DNA of 64,000 nucleotides. Origin: Octopus vulgaris (lineage: Eukaryota). Made by a program: the position numbers and the translations under genes. The notes beneath the pieces are model-generated. The model searched no databases. It saw only the letters and a program-made list of their open reading frames with translations, and was not told the origin of the DNA. The stretch spans positions 84,754,001 through 84,818,000 of the forward strand of contig OX597825.1 in NCBI GenBank assembly GCA_951406725.2, in the 5' to 3' direction. Below are positions 28,875 to 43,059 of the stretch, piece after piece. Within the stretch, counting starts at the first letter, position 1; each line of letters starts with the position of its first letter.

Positions 28875-29764
28875 TAAATACGAGATACACGCGCATAAAG
28901 ATATATGATGATTCTACGTAAGAATAAGTGAAAATGTGTAACATTGCCATTGTTGTCAAACTGGCTTAGTGGTGTAGAGCAGGTGACTACGCATAACATA
29001 CGCCCCTCTGAAAAGCTAACCACAAATCATTTGTTACATTATGTAGGGGAGACCTTGTTTGTCTCAATTCGGCCGTTCACGACATTGTGCTCCTGGAAAT
29101 CTTTGCTCTAAGTACGGCTGCCCGACATCTTTCCACCCGTGGTGAATGCGGTAAAGGGCAGTAAGATTGTCTGAATCTTGACAGTCATTAGATCGCAGGT
29201 TAATGACATTTGAACTTACTTTACAAGTAATGTATAGTTGGAAGATGTAGGCTAATGAAAGTTTCAACAGATGACATTGATATAGAGCAATATATATATA
29301 TATAGGTGTGTGTGTGTGTTTGTGTGTGTGTGTATGTGTATATAACGATGCACGTATACATATACACAAACGCACACTTATATACATATAAACATAACCA
29401 CGCCTGATCAATCATACTGTTTCGCTAAGTAGCAAGTAATTTTGTAAAAGGCAAGATCACAACATTATTTCGTAGACACATGAGTGCTTCGGCACCGGAG
29501 TGATTAAAAACAAATTAGGTTAAGAATTAGGATATGAAAAGGAATATATTTGGTTCTATGATTACAAGGAATTCGTCTATTCATTGTTCACCAGAATCAC
29601 TGCTAAAAGCGAAAAGCTCAGAACTCTTGTTGTTAGCACTTATGTCTATTGATTTACATATATACAAGCATACATACATGCATACATACACACGCACACA
29701 CATTATATATACATACATGTATATATTACATATATATATGTATGTATATATATATATGTATATA

Positions 29765-29843
<79 letters not shown>

Positions 29844-30082
29844 GCATATATAAATACATATATAACATACATTATGTATGCAGACAATATATATTTTGAC
29901 TTACACATACTCCTACACAACTATATATATTTGCATATATGTAAAATAAATCCAGCTCTTATACATTCCTCCACGTCTTCCTTTCTCTTTCTTTCAATAT
30001 ATGTATATACATATAGATATCTACATATATATATATATATGTGTATATGTATATATGTGTGTCTGTATATATAAATATAATT

Positions 30083-30121
<39 letters not shown>

Positions 30122-30162
30122 GTATCTCTCTATCTCTTTCTGTCTCTCTCCCGCCTTATATA

Positions 30163-30194
<32 letters not shown>

Positions 30195-30730
30195 CATATG
30201 CAGCCCACTCCACGTAAATTGAGACGAGCACAGATACATACGTACGTAGATGCTGCACATCAAGTTATTGCAAGCAAGATCATGACTTTATAGTGAGACA
30301 TCACCAAACCATAAATTGTAAATTGGATTATTTAAACAATCAAAAATTACACGCCACTAAGTAGCTTAATGTGTAACGTAATTTTATTAATTTAATCGAA
30401 TTAGATCGCTTCCAGAAAATCACATTTTCCTGAGCTTCTTATAATCTCCTTTTAGTCTTCGTAACATTTTCTTTGTAGAAATGTATGTATATGAAGAGAA
30501 ACGTGCGAAGAGGAGGGAACATATTGATACGATGTTATATTTATTTATTGTTATCAGCGCTCGGCATATAGTCACACACGTACATAGAAAGCGTATAGCA
30601 CATAGGTATGTAGAATGTATACGCATATGTATCTGTATGTATGTTTGAATGTATGTATATATGTGTGTATACACACATAAATACATGCATTTATACATAC
30701 ATATATACACATATTTATTCATATATGTAC

Positions 30731-30761
<31 letters not shown>

Positions 30762-31380
30762 CATCATATTTGCCATCATCATCGTTTAACGTCCGTTATG
30801 CATGCTGTCATGGGTTGGACGGTTTGGCCGAAGCTGGCATCCCATGCAAACATTGACAACGGATATTAAATGATGAGTGTGATGAATATATGTTTCATAT
30901 ATTTGTGACGGTCCACTCTTGATAGTGATAGATCACCACTGACCTCTGTCCATGCAAAATACAAGCAATGCCTGCGCATGAAGGTATTGTACAAACAGTC
31001 GGCTTCACCCAGGTTTGCGCCCGCGGCCCTCATGCTTTCTGCAGTACCCACTTAGTCGACTCTCCATCAGATGGTTGCCTCGCCAGCGATTGAATTACCT
31101 ACAATTTTAGATCCCAAACGACTTGCACAATACCTCATAAGGCACTATGCTCCCCCCTGACCACAGAAATGCCGGGGTAAGGTATTCAGTGCCAATATGA
31201 GTAGAAAGATCCAGACTTGTTGGAGTGCCATGATCCAAGGTGCAAGCAAAAAATCTCCAAAGTTGTTTAATGCTAGTCCGTGCTTATCTAGCTTTATGTC
31301 AGAAACATCCATCCATCCATCTACCCATCCATTGATCCTTTCATCCATCCATCCATCCATACATACATACATACATACAT

Positions 31381-32485
31381 CGGCAACATGCGTCGAAGTG
31401 CATCCCTCGACCAATTTTGCATAGATGAGGCTGATAACCTCATAAGACTTGGAAGGCAGTTCCTTGATAACCTAGAATACATGCTCAAAGAAGTTGCACG
31501 ACTCTACCGCAACGTTTTATCAGATGAAAGGATGGGCCTATATGGGCCAAAGACTATGCATGAATATGTTACTAGAAAGCTCCGTGATGATAGTAGCATC
31601 AATCCTCAAAGAAGTTTATCATAGATGAATAGCCCACTTCGAAGGTTATGCGTTTGAAGTCCAGAAACAAGAAGCACCAGCCAAGTACCTGATGCACAAA
31701 AGGTATAATGATGCGGGAAAAGCCGTAAAATGTGACAACCGATGCAGACTTTGTGGAGTTTACACAGAAGACATCATAAGCAGTTATCCGAAAATATCGT
31801 CACTGTATTATTTACCGATGAGATATGATGTTGTAGCCAGGACACTCTATAATGAAATCCTTCACAAGGATGGTCCCGAGGAGAAAAAAAATATAACCCA
31901 CAATATGGTAGAAGCCATAGCCACTTATAATAAAAAGAAATACTGGTGGAATGTACCAGTGAAAACCTCAATAAAATGTAAGCACAACAGACCTGATATA
32001 ATGATTTGGGATAGAGAAGGGAAACTGTGCACAGTTGTGGAAATTAGCTGCCCAGTGGATGTTACCATAAGGTCAGTAGATGTTAACACTGAAGGTCAGT
32101 GCTATGCTAAATATTTAAGATATCTGCTGTTATTCTATCCAGATTACAAGTTCAGGTTTATACCTGTAATTATTGAGTACCTGGGATATTTAACACAATG
32201 CCTAACTACCTAACTTGAGAAGTTATGCTTCTCAAATCCAGAAACGGTAGAAATCTATAAAACTTTCCAGAAGTGTATCATTTAAATATATATCAGCATG
32301 TTTTGATATGCAACTATATGCATGAGAATGCATGTATACAACGTACAAATCTGCACATACATTCACACATACATACATGCATACAAAATGTACCTGTTGT
32401 TCTTGAAATTTCAACAAAGGAGCCTCGGATCTAGTTTACAAACCGGTTCTTTTTCTATTGGTAAAAAATCTTGAAATAAACTGAG
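31381..32485 (+). mobile_element. 5'-truncated RLE-type non-LTR retrotransposon (R4/Dong-like), pseudogenic
   Basis: HFEGYAFEVQKQE..KYL, zinc knuckle CRLCG..ED(..H deleted)IISSYP, RYD (RHD) and NRPDIMIWDRE..VVEISCP, the restriction-like endonuclease PD..D motif. Followed by a 3' UTR; (ACAT)n lies on both sides. Confidence 0.85.
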
Positions 32486-32929
32486 ACATACAGACATACA
32501 AATACATATACACACAAACATATTGTGTGTGGGGGGGGGGGGGCGTGTGTTGTTCTTTAGAATAGAGACAAAGCTTGAAACTTGGTTGAAGGGGCATAGT
32601 CAATACTATCGGCCCTAGTAAGATGACAGGTATACTATTTAAATATTATTAAGAATACGATGTGTAGGGAGTGTATTAGCAGCTGTTAGATGGATGCTGG
32701 TGGAAAAATAGATAAATCGAATGATTGTGTTAGAGTTTGGTCAACATTCATTAATGTTTGTGCAGTGATTTAATTTGTGACCCCTCACTTTAATTATGTT
32801 TATTAGGAAATACGGTATTCATTGCTTCTTTTATTCATTATGAACATAATATCTCATTCGATCGAAATTTGGCCACTATTTGTAGATGGCCGACCGATGA
32901 CATTCTAATCACGTTGGCTGCTATATTGA

Positions 32930-33308
32930 TTTCTTTAGTGCCCATACGGGGCTAAACATAGAGGGGGCAAACAAGGACATACAAAGGGATTAAGTCGATT
33001 ACATCGACCCCAGTGCGTAACTGGTGCTTATTTAATCGACCCCGAAAGAATGAAAGGCAAAGTCGACCTCGGTAGAATTTGAACTCAGAATGTAACGGCA
33101 GACGAAATACCTATTTCTTTACTACCCACAAAGGGCTAAATACAGAGAGGACAAACAAGGACAGAGAAAGGGATTAATTCAATTACTTCGACCCTAGTGC
33201 GTAACTGGTACTTATTTAATCGACCCCGAAAGAATGAGCGTAACGGCAGACGAAATACCAATAAGCATTTCGCCAGGTGTGCTAACGATTCTACAAGCTT
33301 GCTGCCCT
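32930..33308 (-). mobile_element. SINE family A dimer
   Basis: Two reverse-complement cores joined at GACGAAATACCTATTTCTTT. Confidence 0.9.
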
Positions 33309-36300
33309 ATTAATGATTCTCTATTAAGTAAATGATGTAGTGATCAGAAGCAGATATTGAACATTGCACCTTAATGTTGTTATACAATTTGTGGCCATGA
33401 TTCTCAAATTTATACCTCTTAAATTTTTCAAATTTGTGATGAGGCCATCTGAAAGACTTTGTTGTACATATACATTGCGTATATATATGCATGTGTGTGT
33501 GTGTCTATGTGTATGTGATAAATGCTATAAAAACGTTGATATAAATTGATATAGGCGCTAAAACTAAATTCAGTCGCAAATGAAAACCAACCAATACTTT
33601 CTCTCATTGACTGTTTTAATGGTGCCAAAGTTCACAATGGCCGCAGTTACACACGATATATTTCCAGCTTTCACACTTGCTAATCTCCTTTTGTCTTGTA
33701 TTACAAAATCCTGATAATCTCATTCTTTACCTCTCTCTCTCTCTCCGTCTCTCTCGCTCCCTTTCTCTCATTGCACACAACGGTCGGCTCCTCTGTTTCG
33801 TACGAGTCTAATACGAAATGATGAATGATATTATAATCATCCTCCTATGTTGAGAACAAGCGTTCTGTTCACTTATCCCCAGTCAGCGTTTAAGTATATA
33901 CAACGCAGTAATTCATTTCGGTGTTGATTTGTGGAAATAATTTATTTTAATACAACAAATATTCCTGGCGGTGTTTTTATGGGCAAAGTATGAAAGAAAA
34001 ATTTGTTGAAATTTTACAAGCGTGATTCATTCAGAAATAATTTAAAGGATAATTAGTTTCGAGGGAATTTGATTCCGGAAAGTGAATGGAATCCCATTAG
34101 CAACTATTTTCTCTCTGAAAGAAACAGGTTTTGTTTCATGCAGCTTTAATGGTATCATTCATTTCACAAACCAGATTTTCATTCGAAACGATATCGCTGA
34201 CAGACTTAACAGCACATGAGCAATATTTGTGTCCGAATTATGTCATTTAAACACCTTTTCAATGGAAAACAACTCACAAGAGATCTGTCAATTGCACGGT
34301 ACCGACATTGAAATTTATTTCTCTTAAATTAATTCCACAGAACAAATCTCATAACAAGGGACAGATTTTTTTTTTTCTTTTGGTTTAATTAAATCTCAAG
34401 AAAATTCATGTTTCCTTTTACGTAATTATTCAAGAGTTTGGGCATGAGATTATACCGGAAAACAAAAGTTATGCAATCAATGGTTAGCAACGAGCGACTT
34501 TACATATATTTACATATTCATATTTTTTTTCATTCCATACATTAAACCAGTTAAATAATGCTTGAAATCGGATATAGTAATATCTATGTTCCTCTCATTT
34601 AAGTTCTTCACAACTATGGAAATATCATCTGATGCTATTTGTGTTTTCAGTCTAAGTAATTCAAATGATAATCTTCGTATATATTTGATAAATATATCAC
34701 CTGAAATGCTATAAATTTCGGGTGAGAGACACCTTCGTCTCGGTCGAAATATGCTATGGCAAATTTCTCTAAATAGAGTTTTCTTCACTGACAAAGATAA
34801 TGTTTTAGACAAATAAGAGTTGGCATTAATGCTAGAACGCATTTCTACAGTGTTATTAATACTAATTCTCTTTATCTACTTCTAAATAAATATATGGTAG
34901 TCAGCCAGTCGGCTATATGACTGGAGAGGTGTGTAACACGTGCGCACATGCACACATACGCACACATATACGTATACACACACACACACACACACATATA
35001 TATGTATATATATATATATATAAAGATGTTTTTAACTCAACATATAATGGCTGAGCTGGCCGAAACATCGATGTCACTATGTATTATTCCATGAAGAACG
35101 CATACTTATATATACATATATATATATATATTTGTTTTTTAACTCTTTGAATCTTCTATTAAGAAAGGACTGTTTTTCAAATAGCAAACACGGTTTCCAG
35201 CCACCAGTAAATTCCATTTGAATTCCAGAAAATTTTGTCCAGATCAATTCTTCCTCAAACAAAATTTAAATCCCAGAATGCATACAAGAGAGTTTCTTCC
35301 TCTTTTTTTCTCAGATAAATCTCTGTCTTTCTTTTTTTAACCAGTTACTCATAAGATTCAATATACGAATAATAATTACTCCAAATGTAAATTTTGACCG
35401 GAGTGAAACAGTTTTTGTAATGCTGAGGATGGTTTCTTATTTAATTTGTCTACTTTTATTCGACAATGAATCATCGTATTCTCTCTGTTCTACTGTTATT
35501 CAGGAAAATGTCGTCATCGGCTGTATACTTAATTTCCTCAATAACCCGATGTTTGTTTCCTGGCCCGTTGTTCGTCCGTGGCAGAATTTTCTATGGGAAT
35601 GCTCCACGAATATTTATTGTGATCTTACATATCTATGTAGAACATTTTATACGTGAAAGTTTTGGAAGGCGATACAAATCTCACTTTCGAACGAAATTTC
35701 AATAGCAGCCTATCGTGAACATTACAAACTTCCGGTATGGTTTATGGTTCCGTTTTCGATCTATGCTCAGTAGTTTGATGTGTGTACATAGAACTGAATA
35801 ATTATCGATTGTTCGAGACATGAATCGAATCATTTTATCAGCAATTTGTTCAGAATAAGTACTGCCATGTTAAATTTTCAAAGCTTGTTTGTTGTTCATT
35901 CCGACAACATAAAACAAAGTGTTCGTCAATGTTTATGATATTCATATGTGCATTTTTTAAAAATTCTTATAAAATGAGAAAAACGAATAGAAAAGAAACA
36001 CGACAAAAACATAGAGACAGAAATCTTAAGCGAAGAGTCTTTTAAATTACGGCATATTAATATAATTGTATGTTTTAATATACAATATCATTAATAGCTC
36101 TTTCACAACAGCTGTTTAATAATATCATGGATTGTATACATAATTGAAGTATTATTCCATAAATCTAATCATTGCCCCTGCAGCTGGTATTTTAAACAAC
36201 AAAGAGAAAGTTATTGCAACGCTGAGAATGATTTCTTGTCATAATTTGTCTGCAATAATTTTATTGGCACTAGCAACATTTATCAACCTACAAGAATTCA

Positions 36301-36667
36301 AAACTTTCAGTATTAAAACTAAAATATTCAATATCATTCAACATATGTATTTAATTAAAATTTACACACCTCTAATATGTACTCAACGAATTCCTTTATC
36401 ATGTTGTCATAATTTGTGAGTGTTGAAACAACATGGCTGCTTGATAACCAAATTAAAGAGCAGATTAAAATATCTTGTGGTATCTGGTTACTGTTTTCCC
36501 CGTTTTATGTTCAAATCGAGACGATGTCAAGTATAGCATGCTTAATTCAGTGCTGAGGTCGGCAAAGTAAAACCCATGGTCATCTTATTTCATTTCGTTG
36601 TTTCAATGGCAATGTAACCTGTTTTTCGCACCGACTATTTTAAATAATATTAAATAATATAATTTTA

Positions 36668-36738
<71 letters not shown>

Positions 36739-36750
36739 TAATAATAATAA
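36668..36750. repeat. (AAT)n microsatellite
   Basis: Directly visible. Confidence 0.95.
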
Positions 36751-36810
36751 TTTTAAATGATTTTAAATAATATATATGTGTGTGTGTATGTGTATATATA
36801 CATAAACATA

Positions 36811-37225
36811 TATGGTCACAGGACGTCAAAACAGCGAGCAGAAGAAAAAACGAGAACATAAAAAATAAAAAAAAAGGAAAACGAACTTTTTTTCGGAAAA
36901 CGAAAGAAAAAAATAGAGAAACAAGAACAATCCCTTCTTTAGTTGTCCCGTGTTTTATCTATTCCGCATTTAGAAGGTTGGGACAAGACACGACTTCCTT
37001 AAAACAGTCCTTTCCGCAAAGAAACTCAAATAAAATTCGGGATTTGTGAGGAGGGTTAAAGTGGTAACGAAAACAGGACAGTAACAATAAAACAGTAAAA
37101 ACAAACGGTGATGGCTGTTTAGTTATAACGAGGTGAAGTGGTGAACGCTCGAGAAAGAGAACGGTGAAGGGGGAGGAGAAGAAAAACAAAACAGAAAGAA
37201 AGAAGAAGAATGGCGATAAAGGGAG
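36811..37225 (+). mobile_element. Dispersed repeat family P2 (putative Penelope-like terminal repeat)
   Basis: Homologous to 48694-48861 (+), 48862-49408 (-) and 61765-62008 (-), for example the shared GGACAAGAC(A/G)CGACTTCCTTAAAACA. Confidence 0.7.
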
Positions 37226-37326
37226 AATAGAGAGTGCAGAGTGTGCGTCAGAATTTTTAAGATGAAACGACTTATTTGAAAAGGGAAGCGTGGCATCCGA
37301 TCAAACTCCGCGCATCCATTTCCAAG

Positions 37327-37406
<80 letters not shown>

Positions 37407-37954
37407 GTATATGTGTATGTGTGTGTGTATTCTTTTATTCTGTTTCAGTCATTTGACTACGGCCTTGCTAGAGCACTGCTTTTAGTTGGGCAAACGGACT
37501 CCGTGGAAACGCTTGAGTACGTAGTAAAACATTCGATCAGCTCGGGGAGTAAAAATACTCTCTTAAATTTTGCAAATAACTACTAATAAATACTAATTTA
37601 TTCTGCTATTTTTTAAGCTGAAATCAAGATCGTTCTCTTGCTTTCAGTTTGATAAATGGCAGAATATATTAATTCGACCAGGAAAACCTGGGTAGCTATT
37701 TGCAACTTTTGTCGTTTTTAATTTTCCTTTTCTGTTGGACTTTCTTATGTCTTCTGTTTCCGAAGAAGAGCTTTGATAGTTATCTTCCACTGGATGCAGA
37801 GCTATTTAACAGAACAGTACATTATATGTATTTGTCTGCGTGACTAAGTGAACGCATGCGCGCAGGTGTGTGTGCTTATATGTGTGGGTGGTGAGGGAGT
37901 ACAAACAAAACGAAGGGCATGACTCCATGCTAATGTATATGAAAAATATATATA

Positions 37955-38100
<146 letters not shown>

Positions 38101-38348
38101 TATATCGCTGGGTTTGTGATCCAATCTGTTTCAAAGCTGTCGTAAAGAGTTTAATGTGTGTAAATAACTGCTCGTTAAGCAGTAATGAAACGGCATTGAC
38201 ATTGATAGAAACAGCTTAAGGATTTTATGTGCGATTAAATCAAACACTAATGCCTGTACATATATTACTTTTACGCCGTCTCACTGTGCTAGTTTACATC
38301 TTTCTGAATTCACAGATTTGTCTAGCTATATATCGCTCTATATATGTA

Positions 38349-38398
38349 CTGTAGTACCTCGGTTTTCGAACAAATCTGATCGCGAATCAATCGTGCAT

Positions 38399-38440
<42 letters not shown>

Positions 38441-38485
38441 AAGCACGTTTATTAATAGAGTTGTTCGAAACCCGCGGTTCTACTG
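38349..38485. mobile_element. Tigger/pogo-type MITE, internally collapsed
   Basis: TA-CTGTAGTACCTCGGTTTTCGAACAA ... TTGTTCGAAACCCGCGGTTCTACTG-TA: about 25-bp TIRs with 4 mismatches. Confidence 0.75.
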
Positions 38486-38605
38486 TATTTAAAAATGGAT
38501 GTATAAATTTTTTATTATGTATATATTTTCATATCTTTATCTATCTATATATATATATTTGCATACATGTATGTATATACATGTATATATATATATACTC
38601 ATACC

Positions 38606-38682
<77 letters not shown>

Positions 38683-39119
38683 TATATATATATACATGTA
38701 TATATGCATATATATATCCACATGTATGTAAGTGTAATACACAAAAGTGCAAATATATGTAAATACACATAGTCCAGAAAACCGTATGCCTCCGGAAGGA
38801 AATTTCATCCGTTTGTTTAACATATATATATATATATACACACATGTAGAAAATCAAGTTTAACTATGCGTACGTGTTAAATCTCCACCCGTGCGTATGT
38901 AAATGGCATAAAATTTGCTGAGATTCAATTTTCTGGTATCCATTAAGTAGCTTATAATTAACCGGATTAACTAAATCCTAATGAATTGAGGCGCAACCTT
39001 CATTATTATATTTCTGTCAACCTTCCTAAAGAATTACGCTTGAGGAAGCTGATGTACCTTGACATCATTCGAACCACAAGATCATGTTTCTGGTAGATTA
39101 TGTTGATGTTGCTTTTACA

Positions 39120-39170
<51 letters not shown>

Positions 39171-39328
39171 GATATGATTTAAGTATATCATTGTTGAATT
39201 GCTACATGGGGTTTCTTCTCTGATTTATATAAATGTATTATATATTGTGAAATTTGATTTAGTATTACTAAATTGGAGTTTCCCTGTAAGTTTGGAATCA
39301 TATTCCTTAATGTTATTATTAATATTTC

Positions 39329-39394
<66 letters not shown>

Positions 39395-39407
39395 CATATA
39401 TACATAC

Positions 39408-39442
<35 letters not shown>

Positions 39443-39449
39443 TATGTAT

Positions 39450-39484
<35 letters not shown>

Positions 39485-39491
39485 TAGATAG

Positions 39492-39548
<57 letters not shown>

Positions 39549-39710
39549 TACATTATTTGAGTGCTGTTCACACCGCCGGATTAAATGGTACCACCCAGGT
39601 GTCGAAACCATAATGATGTCTGTGGGGCAGCTGAAGATGGAGGTATGTTGGATTGTTGGTATGGCTGGTTTTTGTGTATGTGGAATATTATAACACTTCC
39701 ATTTGATATA

Positions 39711-39767
<57 letters not shown>

Positions 39768-40251
39768 TGTGTATATGTGTATATATAAATTGCATATACG
39801 TATATATGCATGTATGTACGTATGTAGGTAGGTATATATATACTCGTGATAGAAAAGCAATACCAGACCGAGGGTGATTTATACATACGATAACAGCGTC
39901 TTACCGTAGTAAATCCTTGTTAAGCCATTATCGTAAGCCAAGGAAATGTTGCACTTGGACAAATTACAGAATCGTTGAGCTAATTACAATGTAATGTATC
40001 GGATCTCTCAAAGAGTGAAATTTATGTCATGGTGAACATAAAAAAGAACTGCTGGGGCACTTTTTGAACGCTAATCAATATATAATTACAAATATAATCA
40101 GCACTGGTGTACAATTTTCTCACTAAAACAACTCTCTCAAAAAAAAAATCAATTTTATTTAAATAAAGCTAATTGAAACAATAATTAACAATAAAAATAA
40201 TTGCATTAATACAATATTTTGAGATCTCTTACACTGCCTTTTCTTTTGTAT

Positions 40252-40620
40252 CTTCCCCTTCTTCTTCTTCTTCTTTTTCTTCTTCTTCATCATCTTCTTC
40301 TTCTTCTTCTTCCTTTCCTTCTCCTTCTCTTACTCCTCCTTCTCCTTCTTCTTCTTCTTCTTCTTTCTTCTTCTTTCCTTCTCTTTCTTCTTCTTCTCCT
40401 TCTTCTTCTTCTTCTTCTTCTTCTTTCCTTCTCTTTCTTCTTCTTCTCCTTCTTCTTCTTCTTCTTCTTCCTCTTCTTTTTCTTCTTCTTTCCTTCTCTT
40501 TCTTCTTCTTCTCCTTCTCCTTCTTCTTCTTGTTTTTCTTCTTCTTCTTTCCTTCTCTTTCTTCTTCTCCTTCTTCTTCTTGTTCTTCTTCTTCTCCTTC
40601 TTCTTCTACTCCTCCTCCCC
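40252..40620. repeat. Degenerate (CTT)n polypyrimidine tract
   Basis: Directly visible. Confidence 0.95.
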
Positions 40621-41229
40621 CTTTCCCGTCATTTCATTCGTCTTTTCTTTCTTTCATCTTCTTCGTTCTTTCCCCTCTGTTTCTCCAGTCCATCTTGGAT
40701 TTCTTTCTTTCTGTCCTTCTTTATTTCATTCTTTCTTTCATTCTCTCACTTACCTTCCCTATAGTTCTCCGAAGCAATTGAAGAACAAGAGCCACTTCGA
40801 ATTCTAGTAAGTATATCGTCCAAAATTCTATTCATATTATCAAGTTGGAATGGTCTCCCACGAAGGGGAATTCTTCAACAACTAACATGGCTAATTGCTC
40901 CTAAACGAAAAACTGCTTCTCTGCCCTCCATCACATGAGTGGTACCTTATTGTATTTCGGTTTAGAGTCTCTATCATGAGACTCTAAACCTTGATATTTA
41001 TAACCACCATCTATACTTCAGGTCGATTCTCCTTTGTACTCCACATTGTTCTTAACTATTTCTATCTTTTATCAGAGTCGGTCCCCAATTAGATTAACAG
41101 AGAGATTAATAGATAGACAGGTAAATAGAAAAATAGATATATCCATAGATAGAAAGGTGGTAAGATAGCTAGATAGAGGATACATACATACGTATACACA
41201 CACACACACACATATAACTTAGATAACTT

Positions 41230-41600
41230 AGATATGTTTCGACCCAAGATTGGTCCAGGCTATGTCTAACCGAATAGCATCACCTAATAGGATTAGCTAA
41301 ATCATTTTTAAGTCAAGTTTTATGGTATCATGGTCCATTCGAGTAGGGAGTTCTTGTTAAGTGAGTTGTATCCAGGTATGGGTGGCTTATCCAGTATTCC
41401 GTGCAGAAATTTTTCCAGATTCCATTTAAAGGTAATGAAATCCTTTTCTTCTTTGATCTGCTTTGGGACAATAATAAATAGGGATGGGTCCGTTGAGGAA
41501 AAGAAATTGTGCTGCGGTGTATTTATGTGTTGTGATCCTGAACTGGGCAGGGGACGTACGGCCCGTGGTCTTAGATTGGGATCAATTTTGAAGCTTTTAT
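41230..41600 (-). mobile_element. CR1/L2-group LINE 3' fragment
   Basis: Minus-strand translation HNFFSSTDPSLFIIVPKQIKEEKDFITFKWNLEKFLHGILDKPPIPGYNSLNKNSLLEW matches the GP.LFN.LP..I....FK..LDKFL..IPD.P...GY....NSL C-terminus. Confidence 0.8.
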
Positions 41601-41669
41601 TTACATATTCCTTTTAGCCATGCAGTTGCGGTCATGCTGGAGCACCACTATGAAATACATATATATACA

Positions 41670-41735
<66 letters not shown>

Positions 41736-41849
41736 TATATATGCGTATATATATGTGTATGTGTGTACGTATAAATATATCTATAAATATATATCGGCTG
41801 AACCTTTTGTAAGTGTTCGCTCAGTGACGGAGTGAAACCTTACAATTAA

Positions 41850-42056
41850 CGATCGAATCACCCTCAAGAACTCTCTTCATTTTTGAAATAAGGCGACAAG
41901 AAGCTTTAAATAATCTGAGCATACATAAGTTGTGTCTGGAAACGAAAGACTCAACCATGATAGTCACGGCTGGCGTAACTTTTAGCCATGTGTTTACTTC
42001 ATCGGAACTAACCTGGGGCTAAAATATATAACAACAACAACAACAACAACAACAAA
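41850..42056 (+). mobile_element. Old interspersed repeat (SINE/LINE tail) ending in (CAA)n
   Basis: GTCACGGCTGG..ACCTGGGGCTAAA..(CAA)n. Similar fragments occur at about 5895, 21710, 22560, 23670, 25845 and 52790. Confidence 0.45.
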
Positions 42057-43059
42057 AGCAAGTAAATAACTCTGCAAACTTTGATGATAAAAGTGGAATT
42101 TCTAACACAGGATTTTAGTGTTTTTAATGATAAAGCTCGTACATCGATCGAAACAATGTGTACTGACACAGAACTTTGAGTTATGAGGGTTTCAGTCAGG
42201 AAATCGATATATCGGCCAAAAAATATGTTACTATGTTGTTTTTGCTTGCCAGTCGATGTTCCTTAATAACTACACCTTCATTGAGTTAAAGGTGATTTAT
42301 GTAAGAAAGATTTCGATCTTTTTCACAAATTAGGCAAACGAAATTCATAAGTGATACACATAAATTTTGGTTATCGATAAATTATTTATTTGTCAGTACC
42401 AAGTAATTCTATGTTATATATATAAGACATATTTATCAGTTGTAATATCTCCATGTGTCTTGTTCACTAATTTTCAAAATTTAGTTAATCGAGTTAAATA
42501 CGTTTAATTTAATTAATTATGTAGTGCCTCAGATAACAGTACGTTTGAAATCACAACATATTTTTAAAATTATTGTTGATTTAAAATTGTAAAATATAAA
42601 AATAGTCACCCAACGTGAATGCTATGAAGAATAATCCAAAACGCAGCATATGAGAAAGAATATTGTCACATCATGTAAAAGTCTTATTTTCAAAATAAAT
42701 GCTATTATCCAGCGCTCGAAGAATTATTTGTAAAGTGTGATTGATATAATTAACAATATCCTTGAAATATTCAATCACGAATGGTTATGATATAAATCTG
42801 AGGACACAGTTACTCACAACAATGAGTACATGATCAGTCATAAACAAACATCCTGGGGCTATTGCAAACAGCTCCAAATGAGAAGCAAAGTTAATACACA
42901 GAACCAACAATCTGTCTCAGTCTCCTGAATTAATATGTAATCAAAGAAAAGGTAATCGCTTTCTTTTTTCCAGGAGACATGAGTAGAGCTATGAACACAT
43001 TTCTCAAGTCACTTATGACGTCTGTCATGGATGCTACTGGTAACATTGAATTTAGTACA

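Noticed and set aside
34510-34842. 110-aa minus-strand ORF in unique DNA
   Set aside because: No recognisable motif, splice context or codon signal.
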